Shown in pieces: positions 27,714 through 36,965 of a DNA stretch of 64,000 nt. Source of the DNA: Candidatus Dormiibacterota bacterium (GTDB taxonomy: Archaea; Thermoproteota; Bathyarchaeia; 40CM-2-53-6); contig DASPWZ010000049.1 of the NCBI GenBank assembly GCA_035637535.1, positions 42,539 through 106,538 of the forward strand, in the 5' to 3' direction. The translations under genes were made by a program, and so were the position numbers. Below the pieces are notes generated by a model. It saw only the letters and a program-made list of their open reading frames with translations, had not been told where the DNA came from and searched no databases. Numbering within the stretch: the stretch's first letter is position 1; every line of letters starts with the position of its first letter.

Positions 27714-28133
27714 GTGGGCGACAAACGCGATATCGATAGGGCGCGGGCCGAACTCGAACGAGTCGATGCGATGTGGGCCGCAGCCGCAGCCGAGCGTGAC
27801 GTTGAGCGAATTGTTTCGTTTTGGGCTGACGATGCGATCGTTATTCCGCCGGGACAACTTGCTATTATCGGCAAAGATGCAATTCGGGACTACGTGACTG
27901 CGAGCCTAAAGATCCCGGATTTCAGCATTCAATGGAAGACGACTCGGTTTACGATCGCCCGAGCTTGCGACCTCGCGTACGGCGTCGGGACGAACCAAGT
28001 TTCATTCAACGACGAGAGTGGTAATCGATTCATGTTGCGAGGAAAGGCCGTGACTATTTGGCGGACGGAGAGCGGGGGTGCTTGGAAGTGTGTCGTCGAC
28101 ATCTGGAACGACGACCCGCCGCCCGATAAATAG
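27714..28133 (+). CDS. SnoaL/NTF2-like DUF4440 protein
   Basis: FWADDAIVIPPG...GKDAIR...DLAY...GKAVTIWR...WKCVVDIWN. Confidence 0.9.
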   Translation: MGDKRDIDRARAELERVDAMWAAAAAERDVERIVSFWADDAIVIPPGQLAIIGKDAIRDYVTASLKIPDFSIQWKTTRFTIARACDLAYGVGTNQVSFNDESGNRFMLRGKAVTIWRTESGGAWKCVVDIWNDDPPPDK

Positions 28134-28203
28134 TGTGACTGTCGAGGGACAATGGAGTCGAGCGAGTGTTCAATGACCAAACCCGGAGCGGAGGGTTTGT
28201 TAT

Positions 28204-28327
28204 TGGTGCGGGGGGTGGGATTTGAACCCACGAACCCCTACGGGACGAGGTCCTGAGCTTCGCGTTCCTCAACCATTCTTGGCAGGGTTGAGTTCTCGCG
28301 CCTTTGACCTGGCTTGGCAACCCCCGC
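28204..28327 (-). tRNA. tRNA-Leu(CAG) with 36-nt intron at position 30/31 (28259..28294); CCA encoded
   Basis: Acceptor GCGGGGG/CCCCCGC, long variable arm, spliced anticodon arm CGAGG-CTCAGGA-CCTCG; BHB with CGCG/CGCG central helix. Confidence 0.92.
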
Positions 28328-28403
28328 GCTGAGTCGAGAGAATTCTGAACTAGTCTGATAAAGCCTTCAAGCCGCGCAGGGATGCAAGCGATATTCTCCC
28401 AGT

Positions 28404-28661
28404 CTATATTCTTGGTCTGATGTGTCTGTATTCTTCGATCTCTTTGAGCCGTTTCTCCCAGTCTCTCATCTGTCTGTCGCGGAGGACCGTGTTGAGTATT
28501 TGGCTTGTGTTCATGTGGAGTTGGGTCCAGCGTTCCCGTGTCTTCAGATCCTTGTCATGGTCAAGCATGATCTTCCTAGACTCTACCAGGCTTTCGAGTA
28601 GCTCTGTTATGATCTGGGTTCGGACCGCGTCTTCTTCTACTGGGTCGTTGTTCTCTGTCAA
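28404..28661 (-). CDS. Hypothetical helical protein
   Basis: 85-aa charged amphipathic ORF, 2 nt downstream of 28664..28936. Confidence 0.65.
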   Translation of the reverse strand: MTENNDPVEEDAVRTQIITELLESLVESRKIMLDHDKDLKTRERWTQLHMNTSQILNTVLRDRQMRDWEKRLKEIEEYRHIRPRI

Positions 28662-28663
28662 TG

Positions 28664-28936
28664 CTAGGACATTACGCTCCCGTCCGGCTCCTCTGACGCG
28701 AGGGTCATCTTTCGGGCCTGAGCCGCTACCTGGCTGATCGCATCATCCTTCAGAGTACTTCTCCATAGCCGCAGCAGTCTGGAACCTGTGCTGCTGAGCA
28801 GCTGCTTCTGCCCCTGGTCGAGAGTCTTGTCCCTGGACCCTTCCTCGAGATTGTCTAGGACCGCAATGGTTAGCCTGCGAATGTTCACCAGCAACTCCTT
28901 ACGACCAGACTCTCCTCCAGAATCCTCTTCCACCAT
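28664..28936 (-). CDS. Hypothetical helical protein
   Basis: 90-aa ORF with GAGGAG upstream; operon-like with 28404..28661. Confidence 0.6.
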   Translation of the reverse strand: MVEEDSGGESGRKELLVNIRRLTIAVLDNLEEGSRDKTLDQGQKQLLSSTGSRLLRLWRSTLKDDAISQVAAQARKMTLASEEPDGSVMS

Positions 28937-29370
28937 TCTCTATCTCCTCTAACGCCTCTTTCATCGGGCGTCACGTCTTGTAGACACGGCAAGACCCGGA
29001 AAACGCGTCAAGACCAGTCTACGAGACGCTACTTCCCAATGATTCTAAGGCACTAGGACGAGAGCCGTTCCTCCCAATAAACGATGTCGTCGAAGACCCT
29101 AGCAGCATACGGAACAGCTAACCGAAGGATACGAAACCGCCCCCAGACACTGAACGTATTCCAACGTCCGAGACAGACGGAAAAATACGTTTTCCAGCAG
29201 AGAAAAAAATTCTTAACAACCCCCCAGGGGCCCATCAAATCTTCCCACAGACTCAAGAAGAACTCTGTACCGCCGACCCAGAAGGGCCGCCTTTCCGCAT
29301 CGGACCCATGAGATAAGGAAGGTGTTAGAAAAAGGGGGTTTGTGTCCCAGGTGGGTCTCGAGAGATATTT

Positions 29371-29700
29371 CTATTTCAACCGTTCAAGTATTATCTCTAT
29401 GGTGGAGACGTTCCGTGCATCCTGGCCATCACCGACAATCTCCGTGCCCAAGTTCACATGCTTCGACAAGCCGCCCTGGAAGAAGCGGTTATTCACCACC
29501 TCAGCCACGTCAACGGCAGTGCTGATGGCTCTTCCACGAGCCTTTAGGGTCAGCTTCTTGGCGCCCGTGTTATAGTGCATCATGACAGCCGTAGCATAAG
29601 CCATGATCGGCTTCTTACCGATCAGTATAGTGTCCGGTGGAATATCAGTTCTACGCACAGGGGCAGGAGCCCTCTCAGTCTTCCTTGGTTCTTCTGACAA
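29371..29700 (-). CDS. albA: DNA/RNA-binding protein Alba
   Basis: ILIGKKPIMAY, LKARGRAISTAVDVAE, RNVSTIEI; TTG 29700 follows a GGAGGTG SD. Confidence 0.95.
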   Translation of the reverse strand: MSEEPRKTERAPAPVRRTDIPPDTILIGKKPIMAYATAVMMHYNTGAKKLTLKARGRAISTAVDVAEVVNNRFFQGGLSKHVNLGTEIVGDGQDARNVSTIEIILERLK

Positions 29701-30076
29701 GCAATTCACCTCCGACAGCGCGAGTACGATGTCCGGCAAAACGCCACTAAGACGGAAGACCCCTAAATAGCTATCTGAAACCCGAGATCCCAACGCACCT
29801 CGACCAGACCTCTGAAGCCCCCGGCTCAACCCAGCAGCACTAGACACTCGCTCATTCTCAATCTAGCCGAAACAACCTCGGGAAGACGTCTCGATACCAG
29901 AGCTCAGGAATCCGAGATCCAAACTTCCCGCTAGAAAATGTCTCCTGATTCTGTAATCAAATCCCAGAAAAACTCTTCGCGACTCGTTCAAATTAGCTGA
30001 ACAGGCTACGAATTGTTCCTTCCTTCTTGTTCAAATTCCAACGTTTATCTCCAACGGAAGCATAAGATATCCTTCT

Positions 30077-30334
30077 ATGCCCAAATTCATGCAGTCACTC
30101 GGAGAAGAAAACTACCACAGACTCCTCGCGGAGGCAAAAGCAAGAGACGTCACCGTACAAGCACTAATCCGCACCATCGTCATTCCAGACTGGCTCAAAG
30201 CGGTCCCAACGGGACAGACAAACATCCAGAACACCCTGGCACAACCCACGCGCCTCCTACCCCGCACAGGCATACTCACGGAGCAGGCCCGCAGGCCTCT
30301 CCTAAACGCCACAATCGGGCGGGCTAGAACCTAG
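30077..30334 (+). CDS. Ribbon-helix-helix-like protein
   Basis: MPKFMQSL.EENYHRLLAEAKARDVTVQALIR beta-alpha-alpha pattern; T7 tract downstream. Confidence 0.7.
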   Translation: MPKFMQSLGEENYHRLLAEAKARDVTVQALIRTIVIPDWLKAVPTGQTNIQNTLAQPTRLLPRTGILTEQARRPLLNATIGRART

Positions 30335-30434
30335 CCCCGCTCCCTTTTTTTCCTGCGATACGCATCTCCACTAAGAACGTAAGATTCTAGGCCTCAATTC
30401 TCAGAGACGCTACTGGCCATCTGCCTTCTGTGCA

Positions 30435-32654
30435 TCAAGCCACGGGAGTCGTCCGCAACTTGGGCCGTGCCGAGTCGGAAAACTGTTCCGAGAACCGCTC
30501 GTACATCTTCAACTCCTCAGTAGACATAGGCTTGATCTTCTGCAAAGCCTCATCAAAGTGTCGCTTAGCCACCTTCAGACCCTTAGCCCGCTTCTTCGCA
30601 TCCTCCGGATCCTTAGCCTTGGAAATATGCTCCCGCAAAGCCAGCATCACACCCGTATTAGCCAAAGACGCGATATCCGCGCCAGTATAGCCATCAGTCT
30701 TCCGAGCCAGCTCATCCAAGTTCACATCCTCTGCCAAGGGAGTCTTACGAGTATGAATCTTGAAGATCTGCTTCCTCGCCTCCAAGTCTGGAGGAGGAAC
30801 GAACAGCAACCGGTCAAACCTACCCGGTCTCAATAGGGCGGAGTCAATAATGTCCGGTCTATTCGTAGCCGCGATGATGATGACGTTTCGAAGCTCCTCA
30901 AGACCATCCATCTCGGTCAAGAACTGGCTAATCACCCTCTCAGTCACGTGCGAGTCACCACCGCCACTTCCGCGGGTGGGTGCAACCGAGTCAATCTCAT
31001 CGAAAAATATTATACAAGGTGAGGCTTGCCGTGCCTTCCGGAAGACCTCCCGGACCGCCTTCTCAGACTCTCCCACGAACTTGTTCAGCAGCTCCGGACC
31101 CTTCACGCTAATGAAGTTAGACTCGCTCTCGTGAGCCACCGCCTTCGCTAACAAAGTCTTACCCGTCCCCGGCGGACCATACAAAAGTAGGCCTTTCGGC
31201 GGAGTAGCATTCAACTGTGCAAACAAGTCTGGATACTTCAGCGGCCATTCAACAGCTTCTCGCAATTCCTCTTTCACGTCCTCTAATCCGCCAACCTGGT
31301 CCCAGGTCACGTCTGGAATCTCAACTAGCACCTCCCGCATTGCTGAGGGCTCTATCTCCTTCAGGGCGTCCTGAAAATCCGCCATCTTCACGATAATCTT
31401 GTTCAGGATATCACCTGGGATGCTCTGGGCCTCAAGGTTGATCTCCGGCAGAATCCTCCGCAGCGCCCGAATGGCCGCCTCCTTCGCCAGCGACTCGAGA
31501 TCCGCGCCGACAAAACCATGCGTCACATCCGCGAGCTTCTTCAAGTCGACATCCTCAGCCAACGGCATCCCACGGGTGTGAATCTCCAACACTTCCAGCC
31601 GGCCATCACGATCAGGTACGCCAATCTCGATCTCACGGTCAAACCGGCCCGGCCGACGCAACGCTGGATCTATCGCATTCGGACGATTCGTCGCCCCGAT
31701 CACCACCACCTTCCCCCGTGACTGGAGACCATCCATCAAGGACAAGAGTTGCGACGTAACTCGTTTCTCTACCTCTCCAGTGACCTCTTCTCTCTTCGGT
31801 GCGATCGAGTCAATTTCGTCGATGAAGATGATCGAAGGGGCATTCTCCTGTGCTTCCTTGAAAACGTCCCGTAGCCTCTCCTCGCTCTCACCGTAATACT
31901 TGCTCATGATCTCCGGCCCACCAATGCTGAGAAAGTTCGCGTTCGTCTCACTCGCAACCGCTCTAGCTAGCAAAGTCTTCCCCGTGCCTGGAGGTCCATG
32001 AAGCAAGACACCCTTCGGCGCCTCGACTCCCAATCTCTCAAACAACTCCGGATGTCTCAACGGGAGCTCAATCATCTCCCGGACCTTCTGGATCACGGGT
32101 CGCAGACCGCCAATGTCCTCGTAACTGATCTTAGGAATCGCACGAATTGGTTCCTTGACCTGTTCACCGACAAGAACCTCCGTTCCCTCAGTAACAATCA
32201 CGGCTTCAGCGGGAGGACTCGTATTAGTCACAACCAGATTGACAGTCCGTCCCATGATATTGATCGGAACGAAGTCTCCCCGCGACAGAACCCGCCCCTC
32301 CAGGAGTTGGCTAAGATACTCTTCCCCGCCGACGATACGGAGCGGCTCTGTCGGGGCCAACGTCAAACGTTCCGCGATCTTCGCGTCTATCTTCCGAATA
32401 GTGACCTTATCATCAATGGAGACTCCCGCGTTGTTCCTAAGATAGCCATCGATCCGGACAATCCCCTTTCCATAATCCTGCTCGTGAGCAGGCCAGCACA
32501 GCGCGTTCGTCTTCCTCTTCCCAACAATCTGGACGACATCACCAGAGGTAAGTCCGAGTTCTTGGACAACTTTCGGGTCTATTCGAGCTATCCCTCGCCC
32601 CACGTCCCGCTGGAGAGCATCTGCGACTCGTAGAGTTGCCGTCTTCTCTGGCAA
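30435..32654 (-). CDS. cdc48: CDC48/VCP (p97) AAA+ ATPase
   Basis: N-domain ([10 protein letters not shown]), two GPPGTGKT Walker A, DEID Walker B, and [18 protein letters not shown]. Confidence 0.97.
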   Translation of the reverse strand: MPEKTATLRVADALQRDVGRGIARIDPKVVQELGLTSGDVVQIVGKRKTNALCWPAHEQDYGKGIVRIDGYLRNNAGVSIDDKVTIRKIDAKIAERLTLAPTEPLRIVGGEEYLSQLLEGRVLSRGDFVPINIMGRTVNLVVTNTSPPAEAVIVTEGTEVLVGEQVKEPIRAIPKISYEDIGGLRPVIQKVREMIELPLRHPELFERLGVEAPKGVLLHGPPGTGKTLLARAVASETNANFLSIGGPEIMSKYYGESEERLRDVFKEAQENAPSIIFIDEIDSIAPKREEVTGEVEKRVTSQLLSLMDGLQSRGKVVVIGATNRPNAIDPALRRPGRFDREIEIGVPDRDGRLEVLEIHTRGMPLAEDVDLKKLADVTHGFVGADLESLAKEAAIRALRRILPEINLEAQSIPGDILNKIIVKMADFQDALKEIEPSAMREVLVEIPDVTWDQVGGLEDVKEELREAVEWPLKYPDLFAQLNATPPKGLLLYGPPGTGKTLLAKAVAHESESNFISVKGPELLNKFVGESEKAVREVFRKARQASPCIIFFDEIDSVAPTRGSGGGDSHVTERVISQFLTEMDGLEELRNVIIIAATNRPDIIDSALLRPGRFDRLLFVPPPDLEARKQIFKIHTRKTPLAEDVNLDELARKTDGYTGADIASLANTGVMLALREHISKAKDPEDAKKRAKGLKVAKRHFDEALQKIKPMSTEELKMYERFSEQFSDSARPKLRTTPVA

Positions 32655-32893
32655 ATTCGGTCCCTAGAACATTCGTCGAATCTTGCTGGGGGCGCTAATA
32701 AGTTCTACCAAAGTACGCTTGTAAATTAGCTCTCACACAAAGACCGCACCGTTGACGTGTCAAAGGAAGTTGAATCAGCCCACTCTTCATCCCGCTCCGA
32801 CTGCTATCCGTGACCGCGCATCTCGGGTTATCGTGTGATTTATACGCCGCCAGCCACCTAGGGCGTAGGAACGTCAAGGAGAGCAGTTAGAGA

Positions 32894-33250
32894 TTGTCTG
32901 AAGACGTGAAACGAATGGCCGACCTTCTAAAATCAGGGGCGACCATGCTCTCCGACGTCTGTCCGGAATGCGGAAACCCCCTCTTCAGAGTCAAGGGAGA
33001 CATCTTTTGCGCAAAGTGTAACAAGCCAGTCGTCTATGCGCGCGCGACGGGTCCCCAAGCCACCGTATCGCAGAGCGTCCTCTTGGAGACAGTAGAACAG
33101 ACGATTGTGGGAAAGATTAGCGAGACAAATGCATTACTCAAGCTTGAGAAGGACCCTGAGAAGATGTCAGTCTACAGCAACCTAGTATTCGGCTGGCTCT
33201 CAATGCTCGAAAAGCTTCGCAGCCTGAGAGGTTCCGATAGCGAGTCATAG
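32894..33250 (+). CDS. UPF0148 / Sjogren autoantigen p27-like Zn-ribbon protein
   Basis: MADLLKSGATMLSDVCPECGNPLF...FCAKC. Confidence 0.9.
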   Translation: MSEDVKRMADLLKSGATMLSDVCPECGNPLFRVKGDIFCAKCNKPVVYARATGPQATVSQSVLLETVEQTIVGKISETNALLKLEKDPEKMSVYSNLVFGWLSMLEKLRSLRGSDSES

Positions 33251-33559
33251 GTCCAGCAGGTTCTCGGGCTTCAACAAGCGCCCACTCTCCAGGTCAGTCA
33301 ACTCGACTATTCGCCGCTTCCTTCTCGCCAGTACAACAGTTGCGCCAGCTTGCTTAGCCAAAGCCAAGAGTTCTCCCTTTCTCTCTTTTCCAAGAAAGGA
33401 TCTTCCTGCCTTACACTCGACCAATACAGAGCGGCCATTGCGTAAGCACACCAAGTCTATTGGTTTCGACTGAGCCGCACGGACGACAAAGTAGCCATTC
33501 CTTCTGAACAGATCCCTGATCCGATACTCCAACCTACGTCCGATCTCATAGTTGGACAA
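33245..33559 (-). CDS. Holliday junction resolvase Hjc-like PD-(D/E)xK nuclease
   Basis: GRRLE...GYFVVRAAQSKPIDLV...LVECK. Confidence 0.85.
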   Translation of the reverse strand: MSNYEIGRRLEYRIRDLFRRNGYFVVRAAQSKPIDLVCLRNGRSVLVECKAGRSFLGKERKGELLALAKQAGATVVLARRKRRIVELTDLESGRLLKPENLLDL

Positions 33560-33610
33560 TGCATCGCATTGGAAATCATTCGAGTCTTAAGAACTATGAG
33601 AGGGCAGAAA

Positions 33611-34081
33611 CTATTCCACGGATCGCCTCCGTTCTTCAGGCTCCCGTCTATACGTGAGAAGGACGAAAATCGCGACAACCGCTGCCAATACTAGAACTCC
33701 GCTGAAAGCTATCTGGTTGAAAGATATACTGACAAGACTGCCGAGGATCAACAACCCGAGAGATAGTACAAAAGAAGCTACCGTCAGCTTCCCAAGATTG
33801 AAAAGCTGGACTCGCTCCCACCTCATCGCCCGCATTCTCGCGGATTCCGAAAGAGCATCGTTCTTACCCACTAACGGTTTGATAGCAGAATCAACAGTCA
33901 AGGCGGTGGTTGATGCTTCCATAAGGAAGATGACGAGCATGAATTGCAACAGAAGTACAGCGCTGTCCGGCCCAGGAAGCCCATAGAGGTCGGCGGTCAC
34001 TTTGCCCCATACTATGAGGACCAATAAGCTCCCGGACGCTGCTAAAACCGCAGTCTTGTTCCGTAGCAGCATGCCTGACAA
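33611..34081 (-). CDS. Membrane protein of the MoxR cluster (start probably further upstream)
   Basis: 4 TM; the frame stays open and hydrophobic up to about 34220. Confidence 0.7.
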   Translation of the reverse strand: MSGMLLRNKTAVLAASGSLLVLIVWGKVTADLYGLPGPDSAVLLLQFMLVIFLMEASTTALTVDSAIKPLVGKNDALSESARMRAMRWERVQLFNLGKLTVASFVLSLGLLILGSLVSISFNQIAFSGVLVLAAVVAIFVLLTYRREPEERRRSVE

Positions 34082-34218
34082 TCCGACGATTGCAACCGTT
34101 GCTGTAACGAGAATTGATTCCCGCCCAAGGGCCGATGTAGGAAGACTCAGAATAATCCATGGGGCGAGAATGACATAGTTGATCTTTAGAAATGGCGTGA
34201 TAATTGGGGAAATGAAAT

Positions 34219-35490
34219 CTAAGCGGCGGGGATGGGTCGAGTGCTCCTCACCTTCGACATCAATACTGACAATGGAACGCCTCTCTGCCAGTCAACGACG
34301 GTTGCTGATCTCTCCAGCGCAAGAAGACTAATGGATCTTTCGAGCATGACCAGTTTGAAAGCTATTTCCTCGGTTTGGTCTTGGAATGACGCAGGTGGCG
34401 TGGGCGAGGGAGACAGGACAAGCATGCTATACCCAGCAACAGTAAGTTGTTTGACTCCTTCTTTCATCTCGGGGTCCAGTAGAGGCGAGATTATCACGAT
34501 CTGTGATCGGGAGGGAAGCATTCGTCGGGCAAGCAGATTCATCACATAGCTGGTTGAGACCGTCGCTCTACCAGGTTTTGCCGCTGCCAGCAGGTAGAGT
34601 ATTCTTCTCTCATGTCTCTTTCCAAAGCCTGCAGGTATGGATCCTCTTTCCCCTCCTTGGAGGACGAGTCCGACACGGTTGCCCTGTCTTAACAACAGAC
34701 GAGTGAAGGACGCGGCAGCTTGAATTCCGCGTTCGAAAAGCTCACCTTCGCTCGGTTCGAAGAAGGTAACGTCCGTATCGAGGACAATCATCACATCGGT
34801 CACTCTCTCTGCTTCGGTTTCGTTAACGATCAGTTCGCCGTGGCGCGCCGAGGCTTTCCAGTTGATTCTCTTTGGATCGTCACCCGGAATGTAGTCGCGC
34901 ATGCTGTAGAACTCTGTTCCGAGTCCTAGTATCTTTGATGGGATAACTCCGGGCCAGGGCCCTACGTGTCGAGGACGGAGCCGGGTGTCTCTGAGGCGAT
35001 CGGGTCTCGGCATTACGGAGAGAGTTTCGGGTCCAAGCTTCTTCTCAGTTAGATAGAATCCAAACGGATCTCTCACTCTAGCTATTAGAGGGCCAATCTC
35101 ATAGTTCGCTCGGGGGGGACTGGGAAACTCGAAAATTAGGCGTAACTCCTCGGAGGGTACTACCGAAGCAGGCGTATAGCTTGCTCCTCTTCCTGGAATG
35201 ATCCTGCCGTCGAGGATTTCCTGAATCTCTATGTTTCCGAGAGTCGCGCCTGTCATGTTTCGAAGGCGCGATTCTACTCGGACGTCTTCGTCTCCGAACG
35301 TCTCGTCTGGGACAATGTCTCTCTCGAGTCTGATGTGAATCTTCTCAGGGAGGCCCCAGACGTTCGAGAAAAAGAAGAGAGAAGATAATCCGAGGATGAG
35401 CACTCCGATCTCAAGATCGTTCAGAAGTAGTGCAAGAACTAACAGGGCTGCCGTCATTAGAAAGTAGAGGATGGCCTTTGGGGTGAACAA
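34219..35490 (-). CDS. DUF58 (vWA-like) domain protein
   Basis: RDPFGF, EFYSMRDYIPGDDPKRINWKASAR. Confidence 0.93.
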   Translation of the reverse strand: MFTPKAILYFLMTAALLVLALLLNDLEIGVLILGLSSLFFFSNVWGLPEKIHIRLERDIVPDETFGDEDVRVESRLRNMTGATLGNIEIQEILDGRIIPGRGASYTPASVVPSEELRLIFEFPSPPRANYEIGPLIARVRDPFGFYLTEKKLGPETLSVMPRPDRLRDTRLRPRHVGPWPGVIPSKILGLGTEFYSMRDYIPGDDPKRINWKASARHGELIVNETEAERVTDVMIVLDTDVTFFEPSEGELFERGIQAAASFTRLLLRQGNRVGLVLQGGERGSIPAGFGKRHERRILYLLAAAKPGRATVSTSYVMNLLARRMLPSRSQIVIISPLLDPEMKEGVKQLTVAGYSMLVLSPSPTPPASFQDQTEEIAFKLVMLERSISLLALERSATVVDWQRGVPLSVLMSKVRSTRPIPAA

Positions 35491-35499
35491 GAATCTGCC

Positions 35500-36453
35500 C
35501 TAAGACTTTAGTCTGGGCACAGGGATCGTCCTGACAATATCCTCGATTACCTGGTTCGGATTGGTTCCCTTAACCCAAGATTCTGCTTTCATGATCAGCC
35601 GATGAACGAGTGCCGGGACCACAGCTTCCTTGACATCATCAGGGATGACGTAGTCTCTCCCGTGAAAGACGGCTCTTGCCCTGCTAAGCTTGAAAATTGC
35701 TAGAGATCCTCTTGGGCTGGCACCTATCTCAATCTGGCGCTGATTTCTAGTTGCTTGGACGATGTCCGCAATGTATCCTAAAACGTCGTCATCCACATGG
35801 ATCCCTTCAACAGTCTTCTGAAGCTCGAGAATCGTCTTCGAATCCGTAGCGGGATCTAAGACTATGTCCTCCTGACCTCGAGACATACGGCGTCGCATTA
35901 TCTCTACTTCCTCTGTTCGTGAAGGGTATCCGAGCTGGAGTCTCACTAGGAACCGGTCTAGCTGTGCCTCTGGAAGCGGATAGACTCCTTCGTACTCGAT
36001 CGGATTTTGAGTCGCAATGACGATAAAGGGGTTTTGGAGCGAATGTGTCTTTCCGTCCAGTGTAGTCTGCCTTTCCTGCATTGCCTCCAAGAGAGCAGCC
36101 TGTGTCTTCGGTGGGGCTCTATTGATCTCGTCTGCAAGTAGAATATTGGTGAACACGGGCCCTTTGCGTAGCTCGAAATCCCCCGTTTTTACGTTGTAGA
36201 CGTAGGTCCCGGTAATGTCGGCAGGAAGTAGGTCCGGGGTAAACTGAATCCTGGAAAAGTTGCATCCTATCGCCATGGCGAAGCTCCTCGCCAACAGTGT
36301 CTTGGCAAGCCCTGGATAGTCTTCGAAGAGAATGTGTGAATTTGCTAGGATAGCAAGCATGACCTTTTCGAGAACAGGATCCTTCCCAACGATTGCCTTC
36401 TTTACTTGGCCAATAATCGTCTGGCAGGTCTGCCCCGCATCTTCTATCCTCAG
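35500..36453 (-). CDS. moxR: MoxR family AAA+ ATPase (CTG start overlapping the upstream stop)
   Basis: EDYPGLAKT, RIQFTPDLLPADITG, DEINRAPPKTQ, ATQNPIE; in-frame N-terminus (M)RIEDAGQTCQTIIGQVKKAIVGKD. Confidence 0.95.
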   Translation of the reverse strand: MRIEDAGQTCQTIIGQVKKAIVGKDPVLEKVMLAILANSHILFEDYPGLAKTLLARSFAMAIGCNFSRIQFTPDLLPADITGTYVYNVKTGDFELRKGPVFTNILLADEINRAPPKTQAALLEAMQERQTTLDGKTHSLQNPFIVIATQNPIEYEGVYPLPEAQLDRFLVRLQLGYPSRTEEVEIMRRRMSRGQEDIVLDPATDSKTILELQKTVEGIHVDDDVLGYIADIVQATRNQRQIEIGASPRGSLAIFKLSRARAVFHGRDYVIPDDVKEAVVPALVHRLIMKAESWVKGTNPNQVIEDIVRTIPVPRLKS

Positions 36454-36962
36454 CCCTTCCAGGCTCCAATCAGATCGATGGCATCGCCAATCAAGCTTAT
36501 CCTCGCCAACCCGCTGGGAGGAGTGGGCCCATATAGGATATGGTAGAGAGACTCTTGTTGAAGAAGGCGTGGACCCTCCCTGGGGTCCAGCAATATTCGG
36601 CGCACTGTTTCGGTCTCTAGGCCTGTTTCGAGGGCAACCTTGGTGGTCAAGAGTTCTCTGAGCCTCGCGCGGACGACGTTTTCAAAGTATGAACTGCTTG
36701 CGCTGGCCGCCACCTTGAATTGGCCACTTAGGAAGTGTACCCGGCTTCCTCGAAGGCTCGCAGTCGATGCTATAGTTCTTCGAAGCGCGGGGCTTGTCGA
36801 CTTTCTTGCAAGGTCGCGGACAATCACTACAACTATGACGATCAGCGGAATCCCAGTCAAGGAAATAGTTGGTGTCGATTCTGAAGGGAAAATTCCCCTA
36901 ATCAGGACCAGCAGAATGGCATACGCAATCGCGGACCAAAAGAGTAGCCTGACTGTTTTCAA
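36450..36962 (-). CDS. 2-TM membrane protein of the MoxR cluster
   Basis: Two N-terminal TM plus a helical domain; tightly coupled to its neighbours. Confidence 0.75.
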   Translation of the reverse strand: MKTVRLLFWSAIAYAILLVLIRGIFPSESTPTISLTGIPLIVIVVVIVRDLARKSTSPALRRTIASTASLRGSRVHFLSGQFKVAASASSSYFENVVRARLRELLTTKVALETGLETETVRRILLDPREGPRLLQQESLYHILYGPTPPSGLARISLIGDAIDLIGAWKG

Positions 36963-36965
36963 TTC

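Noticed and set aside
27929..28320. Minus-strand ORFs 27929..28231 and 28054..28320
   Set aside because: They overlap tRNA-Leu and the DUF4440 gene; shadow frames
29701..29847. Long N-terminal extensions in the ORF track (alba; also 6322, 22637, 43426, 51078, 58469 starts)
   Set aside because: Downstream starts fit SD placement and family N-termini better, and the extensions look non-coding
31998..32633. 211-aa plus-strand ORF and other long antisense ORFs over cdc48, the MFS genes and the aminopeptidase
   Set aside because: Shadows of strongly supported genes with no recognisable motifs
33245..33559. PD-(D/E)xK protein as the restriction partner of Dam
   Set aside because: It has Hjc-like size and motifs, lies in a housekeeping context and is 25 kb away
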